From a virus, in IMG/VR virus record IMGVR_UViG_3300034103_001788, positions 6,304-70,303 of that record: DNA of 64,000 bases. One strand, written 5' to 3'. Shown here piece by piece: positions 21,154 to 30,900 of this stretch. The notes beneath the pieces were generated by a model, which did not search any database, was not told where the DNA came from, and was given only the letters and a program-made list of their open reading frames with translations. Within the stretch, counting starts at the first letter, position 1. Each line of letters starts with the position of its first letter. Position numbers and translations under genes: made by a program.

Positions 21154-22740
21154 ATGTATTACATGCCTATATATAAACCTAAAGTAAAAAATGTTTACGA
21201 TAGTTTAACCTTACCTAGAAAAGAATCTATGATGGATGAACTAAGATTTAATAAAATGTATGCTGTATACAATTATGGGGAATTACCTGCGGATATACAA
21301 AGAGAAGTTAATAAATATATTAGTGAATTAGACATAAAAGAAAGTGAAGATGATCAATCAATGCAACGCCAATTATTTGATCAAAATCCTTTAATTATTT
21401 TTAAATCCAAAGAAGATTTAAATAAAGCAATTGAAAGTCTCCAGGACCCTAATAACTATGGATCTTATCTAAAACAATTTAGGTCACAAGACCCTAAATT
21501 AGATAAATATATTAAAGGATTACTAGAACCTCCAGGCAATCCAGGCCAACGTAAAGCATTACTTAATAAACGCAGAGAGGAATTAAATGATCCTAATTTT
21601 GAATGGACTAAAAATACTACAGATAATCAAGTACAATTAATTAAAAAGTATTTTGAAACTAAACCTAGCCGTTCTATACTTGATTTTGAAAAAGTAGATG
21701 AAAACTCATTGATGTTTTCTTTATCTAAAAATACTTTAACTAAAATAAATATAGAAAAAATAGTATCTACTGTATTAAATAACGTTGGAATAACTAATTA
21801 TAAAATGACTACTAAAAAAACTCCCAAAGACATTACTAAAGAAAACTTATTAAAGGAATTAATAAGTAAAGTTGTTTCTGAGAAAAAAATGACTCCCGCT
21901 CAAAAGAAAAAACGTGGTGAAATATATGATGCGTTAATTGATAGTGGTATGCCTTCTAAAAAAGCAGGACCTATTGCTACCTCTCAAGCAATGAAAGAAG
22001 GTTTTCCTGACTTAAATGATGATGGTGAAACTACATACGCTGATGTTTTAATAGGTCGTGGAGTTAAAGCTAAAAATGAAGATATCGACTTAGGTCACGA
22101 GGATGATGAGCCTCATATGTTAAAAGCAAATGTATATCGTATAGCTAAGTATGCTATTGAATTATACAAAATGCTTGACAAATATGACAAGATGAATGTT
22201 GAAATTGACTTTCCTGATTGGTGGCAAGAAAAAATTCATTTGACTAAAGATTATTTAGTAAAAGCTAAACATTATCTAGATTTTGAAGAAAAAGAACCTT
22301 CACTAGATGCTATGTTGGGAGAGGAAGAAAAAAAAAAAGGTAAAAACTACGTCCCTAAAACATTTACTTTCCTTAAAAGTATAAAAGATACTTTTGGTGA
22401 GAATATTAAATATTATGGTGGTAAAATGTATATTGATCCACTAGTTAAAACTGCTTTAGATAAAATAAAAAGAGGTAGAAAAACAGACAATACTACTATA
22501 GGATATTCTGATTTGAATAAATTAATTGATACTAAAATGCCTCAACAAGTTGTAATGGCCTTTAAAAAAGGATTAGAAAATTCTAAATTAGTTGATATAA
22601 ATACTAAAAAAGGTACTAGACAAATGTTACCCCTTAATTTAAGTATTACTCAAGATGAAAATGGTAATTATCTAATCAAAAATCCACACTCAGATAAAAT
22701 ATCAGAAATTAAAGTTAAACCTGAAAATACAGGAATATAA
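21154..22740 (+). CDS. multidomain putative head protein ending in a bare tag
   Basis: FPDLNDDGETTYADVL EF-hand-like motif; helical HEDDEPHML...WWQEKI domain; ends EIKVKPENTGI*. Confidence 0.65.
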   Translation: MYYMPIYKPKVKNVYDSLTLPRKESMMDELRFNKMYAVYNYGELPADIQREVNKYISELDIKESEDDQSMQRQLFDQNPLIIFKSKEDLNKAIESLQDPNNYGSYLKQFRSQDPKLDKYIKGLLEPPGNPGQRKALLNKRREELNDPNFEWTKNTTDNQVQLIKKYFETKPSRSILDFEKVDENSLMFSLSKNTLTKINIEKIVSTVLNNVGITNYKMTTKKTPKDITKENLLKELISKVVSEKKMTPAQKKKRGEIYDALIDSGMPSKKAGPIATSQAMKEGFPDLNDDGETTYADVLIGRGVKAKNEDIDLGHEDDEPHMLKANVYRIAKYAIELYKMLDKYDKMNVEIDFPDWWQEKIHLTKDYLVKAKHYLDFEEKEPSLDAMLGEEEKKKGKNYVPKTFTFLKSIKDTFGENIKYYGGKMYIDPLVKTALDKIKRGRKTDNTTIGYSDLNKLIDTKMPQQVVMAFKKGLENSKLVDINTKKGTRQMLPLNLSITQDENGNYLIKNPHSDKISEIKVKPENTGI

Positions 22741-22750
22741 AATAATAACA

Positions 22751-23332
22751 ATGACACGCGCTGAAATAAAAGACTTAATTCGACAAGCATATACCAAAGC
22801 ATCAGACACTGCTACTCCTCCCCCTATACCTCAAGAGGAAAAACCAAGTGCTAATGTTTTAAAATTCCCTATTGTTGCTCGTTTTCCTGAAATAGATAAA
22901 GTACTAGTACAGTTAATGACTGATCAATATGGTGTATTTATTAAAGATGTAGAATGGGTAGCACCTAAACCTACAACTTTCCGTATTAAATTAGCTAATA
23001 ACCAATACTTTTATTTAACTTATAGTGATAAATCATGGACTGCTCAAGTTGAAGGTAAAAAATATTATTTGCTAAATATTCAAGAAGAAGAAAGAGCAAT
23101 GGAATCTTTAGCTCGAATTTTAAAATATGGTGGTGAAAAAACAGAAGAGGATAAAATGGTAAGTAAAGAACCGGATGCTACTCCCGTTACTGGTGATTCA
23201 CAAGCTATAAGTCCTTCCCCTGAAGTATTAGGTAGAGAACCAGAAGGTGTAGATGTTAACCCAGATGAATTTGAACCGGCACCTGAGGAAACACCTGCAC
23301 CTGAAGAAGAAACTCCTGAAGAAGAAGCATAA
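22751..23332 (+). CDS. hypothetical protein with acidic Pro-rich C-terminus
   Basis: 193 aa; leader-like N-terminus MTRAEIKDLIRQA. Confidence 0.6.
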   Translation: MTRAEIKDLIRQAYTKASDTATPPPIPQEEKPSANVLKFPIVARFPEIDKVLVQLMTDQYGVFIKDVEWVAPKPTTFRIKLANNQYFYLTYSDKSWTAQVEGKKYYLLNIQEEERAMESLARILKYGGEKTEEDKMVSKEPDATPVTGDSQAISPSPEVLGREPEGVDVNPDEFEPAPEETPAPEEETPEEEA

Positions 23333-23336
23333 AAGC

Positions 23337-23365
23337 TTGGAGGTATAAAATAAGTTTTGTATTTT
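23337..23365 (+). promoter_or_regulatory. putative sigma70-type promoter
   Basis: TTGGAG-17 nt-TATTTT upstream of the metallophosphoesterase. Confidence 0.45.
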
Positions 23366-23380
23366 AATGTATAAAAAATA

Positions 23381-24475
23381 ATGGCTGAAACTAAAGTTCT
23401 AACATCTGAAGTTGTAAGTAGAATTATAACCGTTGATGATCTTTTAAATGTATATAGTATATCTTTAGAAGAATGGGAAATTGAAAAACAAGTAGTTAAT
23501 ACTTGGGAAGTTGGAGCAAAAGGACCTGATGGTGCTATTGTAACTACTCCTTTATTTCAAGTTAAAGTATGGTTAAAGAAAAAACAAGTTGCTTATGACT
23601 TGAATATTCTAAGAAAACAATTTATTGAAGATATAAAAGCATTATCTCCAACTGTTAAAATTAATCCTAAAAACCTTACATTAGGTAAAGGTAAATTGTT
23701 AGAAGTTAATATTTTTGACTTACACTTTGGTAAAGTAGCATGGCATGAGGAAGTTGGTGAAAATTATAATATTGATATCGCAACTCAACGATTCAATGAT
23801 TGTATTGATTATTTTGCCGAAACATATAAAAACTTTAATATAGTACAGATTTTATTCCCTATATCAAACGATTTCTTTAACTCAGATCGTTCTCACCCAT
23901 TTAACAGTACAACATCAGGCACACCACAAGAGGAAGATACAAGATGGCAAAATACATTTAGAAAAGGTAGAGAATTACTCATACAGGGTATACAAAAATT
24001 ATCCCAATTAGCCCCAGTAGTGGTTAAAGTAATTCCTGGTAACCACGATTATGAACGCAGTTTTTATTTAGGTGATTCATTACAAGGATGGTTTCATAAT
24101 GATGAAAATGTAACTGTTGATAATGGAGCTAGTCCTCGTAAATATTTTGTGTTTGGTAAATGTTTAATTGGTTTAACACATGGTAACAATGAAAAAACTA
24201 CTGATTTACCTATGATTATGGCTCAAGAAAATCCTGTAGATTGGGCTATGACCTCTTATAGAGAATTTCATTTAGGTCATTTACACCATAAAAAAGAGAC
24301 ACAACTTAAATCAACTAATGAATACCAAGGCGTAATTATTAGACACATGAGCTCACTTTCAGGCACAGATAGTTGGCACCATAAAAAAGGATATATTGGT
24401 GCTCGTAAATCAGCTGAGGCATATTTGTGGGATTCTGAAACTGGTTTAATAAATCAGACATACTATAATATTTAA
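23381..24475 (+). CDS. calcineurin-like metallophosphoesterase
   Basis: DLHFG, NDFF, GNHD, THG and GHLHH motifs. Confidence 0.85.
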   Translation: MAETKVLTSEVVSRIITVDDLLNVYSISLEEWEIEKQVVNTWEVGAKGPDGAIVTTPLFQVKVWLKKKQVAYDLNILRKQFIEDIKALSPTVKINPKNLTLGKGKLLEVNIFDLHFGKVAWHEEVGENYNIDIATQRFNDCIDYFAETYKNFNIVQILFPISNDFFNSDRSHPFNSTTSGTPQEEDTRWQNTFRKGRELLIQGIQKLSQLAPVVVKVIPGNHDYERSFYLGDSLQGWFHNDENVTVDNGASPRKYFVFGKCLIGLTHGNNEKTTDLPMIMAQENPVDWAMTSYREFHLGHLHHKKETQLKSTNEYQGVIIRHMSSLSGTDSWHHKKGYIGARKSAEAYLWDSETGLINQTYYNI

Positions 24476-24501
24476 AGTAAGATCTTTGAATATTTATAAG
24501 T

Positions 24502-25047
24502 ATGATAACTAAAAATCTTTTAGTTGAGACTATATTACAACGAATTCTAAATGAAGAATTAACTGCACCTCAAAAAGTAGCTGTTGTTCAAATTGAACAC
24601 AAACCAACAAAGAAATTTTTTTATAGCTATACTACTGAACCTGCTAATTATATTAAGTATGTTTTAAAGTATAGAGAAGAAGAAGGAATTCAGAACAAAA
24701 AAGGTAGTATTTCTGATATCTTAAGAAAAGATAATAATCCATCCAATTGGAAATTAGACATTGCTGCCGTATTTGATGATTTAGAAACAGCAATAGAAAC
24801 TGCTAAGCGTTATAATAAGCGAAATAATATAATTTATCAACCTAAACGCCGTCCTGAAATTAAAAACGTTCCTGTAATTGTAATTAATAAGAATGATTCT
24901 AAATTCTTAAATGATACTGTTTATGTTAAATCCGGAGTTTTAAATCAACCTCAATATAAAGATTTAAAAGTTGATAAACTAAATAGTGTTCGTGTAGCCG
25001 GAATAGAATATTACCCTATATTAAGTTTAAATTATATAAGAAAGTAA
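24502..25047 (+). CDS. hypothetical protein with ..ILNE leader
   Basis: MITKNLLVETILQRILNE; TATTTATA 3 nt upstream. Confidence 0.6.
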   Translation: MITKNLLVETILQRILNEELTAPQKVAVVQIEHKPTKKFFYSYTTEPANYIKYVLKYREEEGIQNKKGSISDILRKDNNPSNWKLDIAAVFDDLETAIETAKRYNKRNNIIYQPKRRPEIKNVPVIVINKNDSKFLNDTVYVKSGVLNQPQYKDLKVDKLNSVRVAGIEYYPILSLNYIRK

Positions 25048-25048
25048 A

Positions 25049-25927
25049 ATGGAAAAATTATACCAATTAATTAAAGAAACATTGTCTTACAAATTAGACG
25101 ATTGTAATTGCAAGAATGATAAAACTACAGCTCCATTAATTAACGAGTCTAAAGTTACTGTTGCCCCTATATCTGAAAACCTTAGATATCACGTTGAACA
25201 CCAAATCCCTGTTACTGAAAATATTTTTAGAGCAGGAAGTAAATCACACGTTTCTTTAATTTTAGAAACTCGTATTCTACATGAATTAGGAGTTATAAAA
25301 CTTTCAGGCAAAGACAAATGGCTGTTTGAAAACACCGATTTAGGTAAATACGATGACTTTGAAGGTAAAATGGTACCTTTAGATTTACCGTTATTAGAAG
25401 AAGACGAACGTCCTCGTGATATACATGATGAGACAAGTTTATTTAATAATCTATTTATCTGGGCTGGAGATAAACCGTTTTATAGTATTAATGATGCAAA
25501 TGCTTTAATGCATGCCTTTAGGAAAGATCCTTCTGGTGTTGTAAATATTATGGTAAGAACAAAAGGCGGCCAAGACATCCCTGAAGCTTACTATAAATCT
25601 TTACAATTTTATGCTAAAAAATATGGTAAAACTCTTAATGAATCTGATGATAAAAAGAAAACACCCCCAATTGGTAAACCAAAACGTGGTGGTTCTAAAA
25701 AATTCTACGTTTATGTAAGAGATAAAGGTAAAGTTAAGAAAATATCATTTGGTGATACTACTGGTTTATCTGCTAAAATTAATAATTCAAAGGCAAGAGC
25801 TGCTTTTTCTAAAAGACATGATTGCCCAAATAAAAAAGATAGAACAAAAGCATCATATTGGTCATGTCGTTTACCAAGATATGCTAAATTATTAGGTTTA
25901 AAATCATCATTTAGCGGTTTCTGGTAA
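25049..25927 (+). CDS. putative head protein with basic Cys/His C-terminal domain
   Basis: KPKRGGSKKFYVYV...KISFGD...F.KRHDC...ASYWSC after an LNE site. Confidence 0.6.
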   Translation: MEKLYQLIKETLSYKLDDCNCKNDKTTAPLINESKVTVAPISENLRYHVEHQIPVTENIFRAGSKSHVSLILETRILHELGVIKLSGKDKWLFENTDLGKYDDFEGKMVPLDLPLLEEDERPRDIHDETSLFNNLFIWAGDKPFYSINDANALMHAFRKDPSGVVNIMVRTKGGQDIPEAYYKSLQFYAKKYGKTLNESDDKKKTPPIGKPKRGGSKKFYVYVRDKGKVKKISFGDTTGLSAKINNSKARAAFSKRHDCPNKKDRTKASYWSCRLPRYAKLLGLKSSFSGFW

Positions 25928-26541
25928 TGATAAAACTTATAGATATATTAAATGAGGTTACACTTCCTGCTCCTAAATTTCCCTTACCTTTTAAAAGTGG
26001 GGGGGTTAATTTAACCGGAGAAGCGGCTTGGAATAAGTGGAGAAGATGGGCTGATATAAATAGAAAAGATAAGTATATTGATGATGTATTAAATACTATT
26101 AAAAGAAATAATTATCAAACTACTCAACGACAACTAGATGTACTTGTAAGGTGGTTTAGTGGAGTACGAGAATCATTATTAGAGGCAAAGAAAAAACGAG
26201 ATAGATGTCTTCGTATTGCCGATCGCAAATACAAAGAACATGGTGCCTATAAATCCGGTGCTGCCGAAAGATGTCGTCAGGGTGATATTTGGAAAGATTT
26301 AAAAGAAGAAGATTTAAACGAGGCACAAAAAGAAACTCTCCGTACTTGGTTTAAACGTCAAGGTCCTAAAGGTAAAGAAGGTGGTTGGATAGATTGCAAT
26401 GCCCCTGATGGTAAAGGTGGATACAAAGCATGTGGTAGAAAGAAAGGTGAAGAACGAGCTAAATATCCTGCCTGTAAAGCAACAGCCGCACAATGTAAAG
26501 CACCAGGTAAAGGTAAAACATGGGGGAAAAAATCAAAATGA
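25927..26541 (+). CDS. MIKLIDILNE-leader protein with basic Cys-rich modules
   Basis: Leader; segments separated by LLE/LNE; LRTWFK...GWIDC...CGRK...YPAC. Confidence 0.65.
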   Translation: MIKLIDILNEVTLPAPKFPLPFKSGGVNLTGEAAWNKWRRWADINRKDKYIDDVLNTIKRNNYQTTQRQLDVLVRWFSGVRESLLEAKKKRDRCLRIADRKYKEHGAYKSGAAERCRQGDIWKDLKEEDLNEAQKETLRTWFKRQGPKGKEGGWIDCNAPDGKGGYKACGRKKGEERAKYPACKATAAQCKAPGKGKTWGKKSK

Positions 26542-27149
26542 TAAAATTTCTAGACATACTTGAAATAAACATCCAGAAAAAAACTAAATTAGGAGATGAA
26601 GAATCTGCAGAAGGAGAAACATACGATCTTAAATTTGCTCCTGATAAAGTTATAAAAAAATATACTATTACCAACCCAAAAACTAAAAAAGATCAATATG
26701 AGTTGATGAGTAAATACCCTGAATTTTTTGTTAAGATATATGATTATAGTCCTAAGTATGTTATTATGGAAAAAGTTCAAACACCTGTACCCGGATTAAA
26801 AGAATTACAAGATTTTACAAAAAATGAAGCGGGCATAGAATGGGTTAGAGGAGGTAATTCTCTAATGAATGTTTATTCCCAAGATATAGTATCGGGGATA
26901 GACATAGAATTAAAAAAAGATAAAAGCGATGTTTATAATCGTATTTTAAAAGAAGCAAAACAACTTAAAAAAACAGATTTAATACTATTATTAACTAAAA
27001 TATACAATTTTCTTGATAAACTATATAAAACTTTACCTAAATTAAAATCATATGATTTAGATATACACCGTAAAAACATAGGTTTAGATAAACAAGGAAA
27101 CTTAAAATTATTTGATATTATGTATGATGAAATGTACCGCGACCAATGA
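26538..27149 (+). CDS. protein-kinase-like fold enzyme with MIKFLDILE leader
   Basis: LG....EG.TY, VIKK, VIMEKV hinge, DIHRKNIG catalytic loop, LKLFD; ATG 26538 overlaps upstream TGA (ATGA). Confidence 0.75.
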   Translation: MIKFLDILEINIQKKTKLGDEESAEGETYDLKFAPDKVIKKYTITNPKTKKDQYELMSKYPEFFVKIYDYSPKYVIMEKVQTPVPGLKELQDFTKNEAGIEWVRGGNSLMNVYSQDIVSGIDIELKKDKSDVYNRILKEAKQLKKTDLILLLTKIYNFLDKLYKTLPKLKSYDLDIHRKNIGLDKQGNLKLFDIMYDEMYRDQ

Positions 27150-27787
27150 TAAAATTAATTGACATATTAAACGAAAGCTTAATTGAAGCTAAACAGTATG
27201 AAAGTAAACCAATTGTTTTTGTTGGCTCTGCAGGTGCCGGGAAATCAACAACTGCCGAAGCACTAGCAAAGAAATTAGGGATACCATATGTTAATGTAGA
27301 TGAAAGAGAAGGTAGTGAAGAGTATGAAAATGCATGTAAAGGTGAAAAAGGTGTTGAGGTAAATATTGTAAGAACTAAAGATGGACATAACTACGGCTCA
27401 TCAAATGATGCTTATAAAAGATGTGTCCTTTCTAAACTATTACAAAAATATGGCAATAAAAAAGTTGTTTTAGACATTGGTGGGGATAGTATAAAAAATC
27501 CCGATTTACTTAAGGATTTATCTAACATTTTTGTTTTAGGTGTTCCACCATCTCCTAATGATGATAAACCATATATTGAATTTTTGAAAAAAAGTAGACA
27601 AGATAGAGCAGATAAGATGGGACAATCTGGGTTAGAAGCAGGAATAAAGGATGATGATATACAACAATCTATTAGTAGTATTAGACAATATTATGAGGGT
27701 AAAAAAAATATAGGTTTATTTGATTTAAATAAGAAAAGAAAAACAACAGAAGAATTGGTAAATGAAATTATATTTAAACTTTCATAA
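27146..27787 (+). CDS. shikimate-kinase-like P-loop kinase with MIKLIDILNE leader
   Basis: IVFVGSAGAGKSTTAEALAKKLGIPYVNVD and VVLDIGG. Confidence 0.7.
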   Translation: MIKLIDILNESLIEAKQYESKPIVFVGSAGAGKSTTAEALAKKLGIPYVNVDEREGSEEYENACKGEKGVEVNIVRTKDGHNYGSSNDAYKRCVLSKLLQKYGNKKVVLDIGGDSIKNPDLLKDLSNIFVLGVPPSPNDDKPYIEFLKKSRQDRADKMGQSGLEAGIKDDDIQQSISSIRQYYEGKKNIGLFDLNKKRKTTEELVNEIIFKLS

Positions 27788-28392
27788 TGATAAAATTGAT
27801 TGACATATTAAACGAAATAGCTGATTCACCATATTCACTGTATTCTCCTAGTTATCATAAAGAAGGTAATTTTAATAATTATGTTGATTATGAGTTTACA
27901 ACCGATACTGGAAAAGAATATTATGTTCGATTTGATAGTAAATGGAACGGCCGAAGTAAAAAACAAGACCAAAAATATAACTGGGGAACTGAATTAACTT
28001 TTTTTCCTAAAGCATTTAAAACTACTCCTAAAACTGAAGAAGGTGGTGAGAATTTTGGAAAAATTTTAGCAACTGTAGGTAAAGCTCTTAAAGAATATAT
28101 TGCTACATACAAACCAGAGTACGTATTTTGGAAAGGAATTAAAGGTCATGAAGAACAAGTTACTGGAGATTCTACCAAAAGACAAAGAATTTATAACATG
28201 GTTATGGATAAAATGTCTAAAGGAATAACAGGGTATACTCCTATAAAAGGAGATAAACTTTCTGGTATCGTAACTAACAGTGAAATCCCAGTACCGGGGG
28301 CAAATAAAATATTTGCATATCCTGAAGAACCTTCATTTTATGATGAGGTAGAAGCTAAAGCTAGAGTATCAAGATTTAATTTACAACGATAA
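27787..28392 (+). CDS. MIKLIDILNE-leader hypothetical protein
   Basis: Leader; KILATV..ALKEYI...R.RIY domain similar to an internal domain of 17689..20190. Confidence 0.65.
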   Translation: MIKLIDILNEIADSPYSLYSPSYHKEGNFNNYVDYEFTTDTGKEYYVRFDSKWNGRSKKQDQKYNWGTELTFFPKAFKTTPKTEEGGENFGKILATVGKALKEYIATYKPEYVFWKGIKGHEEQVTGDSTKRQRIYNMVMDKMSKGITGYTPIKGDKLSGIVTNSEIPVPGANKIFAYPEEPSFYDEVEAKARVSRFNLQR

Positions 28393-28631
28393 TGATAAAA
28401 TTTTCAGACATATTAAACGAGGATAAAGAATACCCTCCATACATGTACTCACCAATAGGATTTGGTTGTCATGTTTGTAAGTACCATTACATTGAAGACG
28501 AAAAACATATGTGCTCAAATAAACAATATCAAGTATATATGGGTACTAAAGAATTAGTAGATAATGAAGGTAACCCAATTAAAGACCCTTCAAAGTGGTG
28601 TTCAAATTGGTTTATACCTAAAGGCAAATGA
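28392..28631 (+). CDS. small Cys-rich protein with MIKFSDILNE leader
   Basis: CHVCKYH, CSN, WCSNW. Confidence 0.6.
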   Translation: MIKFSDILNEDKEYPPYMYSPIGFGCHVCKYHYIEDEKHMCSNKQYQVYMGTKELVDNEGNPIKDPSKWCSNWFIPKGK

Positions 28632-28888
28632 GACCCTATACCGACATAGAAGTTACAGACGAATATATTATACGCGAATTTTGCGATAATATCGATCCAA
28701 TTGAACTTTTGTGGCATCGTGATGATGAACATAGGATAATTGAAATTATCGGCGCTACTGACTGGAAATTGCAATTAGAAAACCAGTTACCTACCTCTAT
28801 AAATCAACCTATACATATTCCTAGACACGAATGGCATCGTGTAATTAAAGGGACAGGTATATTAAAACTTAAAATACATAAGTCTTAA
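28628..28888 (+). CDS. small cupin-like protein
   Basis: WHRD.E.R.IEI and IPRHEWHRVIKG cupin-like motifs. Confidence 0.55.
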   Translation: MRPYTDIEVTDEYIIREFCDNIDPIELLWHRDDEHRIIEIIGATDWKLQLENQLPTSINQPIHIPRHEWHRVIKGTGILKLKIHKS

Positions 28889-28902
28889 CATATTTATTAT
28901 AT

Positions 28903-30900
28903 ATGGTTAAGTTCCATTCATTATTAAAAGAGTTTATATTATCTGAGTTTTCTGATAAGATACTTAAGCAAATGCTTGGTTTATACAAGCAACAAAAACC
29001 TAATTTAGATGATGAACAGATTCTTTACTACGTAAAACGGTTTGATCAAATCAAATCTGCATTAAAGAAAAAAGTTGAAGATAAAGATCCAACTGTGTTA
29101 GCGTTATTACCTAGAGATTTAAAATCTGATGATTCATTAAAAAAGAATTTTTATTTAGAAATTACTAGATATAAAAAATTTGATGAATTAGAAAAATTAA
29201 TTGATGGTGCTTTTTCTAAAGCTCAAGCTAAAAAAGAAAAAGAAGAATTAGTTAACAGTGCTGAAGCCGATGCTGATAAAATATATGATAAAGATAATTT
29301 AGAAATATATAGAGGTGATGCTGAACATAAATGTATTAAGTATGGTAGAAACCAATACTATTCTTGGTGTATAGCTCGTACTCAAGGAAGTATGTACTCT
29401 GGATATCGCTTCCAGGGTGTAGGTGGAAAAAGTAGAATGTTCTATTTTGTTTTTGATAGAACACGTCCTGATAGAAAAGACGGAGGTCGTTTTGATGATC
29501 CTTACCATGCTGTAGTAATACATGCTATGGAAAACGGAGAATATGCTGTTACGGATGCCACTAACATGGGAGATAAACCCGCCAAAACGTGGGATGATGT
29601 AATAAAATTATTACCTGCTGAATTAGGTAGTAAATTAAAAGGATTAGAATCTATATTTAAATATATTCCTCCAAGTAGTGAGGAAATTGCTCAAGCGGCA
29701 ATGAAAGGTAAAAGATTATCTTTTGAACAATTTGCTGAATTATCATATGCTGATAAAAAAACATATGTTCAAGCAAACGCTAGTAACAGAAATATAATTG
29801 ATTCTAATATATTTAAATCTTTAGATTTAGATTTAAAAAATGAATGTATTAACTTTGGTAGAATATGTACTTTTGATGAATTAAAATCAAATGTTGGTCT
29901 TTTAAAAAGATATCCTGATTTTAGATTTACTAGATACCCTAAAGAACCATTACCATATCCTTTTATTCCTTATTTAAAAGATGATTTACAACAAAAATAT
30001 CTAGCGGAATTTGAAGATGAATACCTGACATTTGATGAGATTGAAAAATATTTTTCTGATACTGTAGTTAAGAATTATATTGATAAGCAAATTAAAAAGT
30101 TTGGATTTTTACCTCCCGAGGCTGAAAAATTCATGAGTTCATCTCAAAAACAAGTATACAACTTATATAGTATATCTTTTAAAGACATCAGTTATAGTAC
30201 TAATCCAGATATTGAAAATAGTACAATGGCTCCCTTACGTTTAGTAAGTGTTGCCCCTATTTCAGCACAAACATACAATGATTTATCTACTCAAGAACGT
30301 AAATTATATCTTGAATTAGTTGATAAATTATTTGAACAAGGTAACGGTGTAGAAAGACATAGTGATTTCTTCATGGGTGTACCTCAAATGATACAAATTA
30401 ACAATAAAGTATTTATGCTTTGCCCTACATCTACCAACTCAGATATATTTTCATTAATAGATGAAAATGGTAAAGTAGTTAAAGACAATATCTATACTTT
30501 AGAAATTTATAAAAATGGACGTGAAATAGAATATGATTCTACACCTGCTGGACCCATATATAAAATTTCAGGACAAAGAACATGGTATTTACCTCAAACC
30601 GAATATGATAGATTAAAACTATTAGATGAGGATGGGGACGAAATTAGATTTGATATGAACAACTTAGAAGAAAATAACGAATTAGTTAAAAAATTCCAAA
30701 AATTAGCAGGTATACAGACAGAAAATGAGGTTAAACCAGCTGTTGCTCCTCCAACAACTAAACCTAAACCTGGAACTAAAAATCCTTTAATTCCTCCTCC
30801 ATCAGCACCTAAAAAAAGACCAGCTAAAGCTCTTAGTGAGGAAGATACACAAGAAATAATTGGAAAAATAATTCAACGTTTTAAAAAACTACGCCAATGA
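28903..30900 (+). CDS. large putative head protein
   Basis: 665 aa; leader MVKFHSLLKEFILSE; YG....SWCI; C-terminal KKFQKLAGI motif like the scaffold. Confidence 0.65.
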   Translation: MVKFHSLLKEFILSEFSDKILKQMLGLYKQQKPNLDDEQILYYVKRFDQIKSALKKKVEDKDPTVLALLPRDLKSDDSLKKNFYLEITRYKKFDELEKLIDGAFSKAQAKKEKEELVNSAEADADKIYDKDNLEIYRGDAEHKCIKYGRNQYYSWCIARTQGSMYSGYRFQGVGGKSRMFYFVFDRTRPDRKDGGRFDDPYHAVVIHAMENGEYAVTDATNMGDKPAKTWDDVIKLLPAELGSKLKGLESIFKYIPPSSEEIAQAAMKGKRLSFEQFAELSYADKKTYVQANASNRNIIDSNIFKSLDLDLKNECINFGRICTFDELKSNVGLLKRYPDFRFTRYPKEPLPYPFIPYLKDDLQQKYLAEFEDEYLTFDEIEKYFSDTVVKNYIDKQIKKFGFLPPEAEKFMSSSQKQVYNLYSISFKDISYSTNPDIENSTMAPLRLVSVAPISAQTYNDLSTQERKLYLELVDKLFEQGNGVERHSDFFMGVPQMIQINNKVFMLCPTSTNSDIFSLIDENGKVVKDNIYTLEIYKNGREIEYDSTPAGPIYKISGQRTWYLPQTEYDRLKLLDEDGDEIRFDMNNLEENNELVKKFQKLAGIQTENEVKPAVAPPTTKPKPGTKNPLIPPPSAPKKRPAKALSEEDTQEIIGKIIQRFKKLRQ

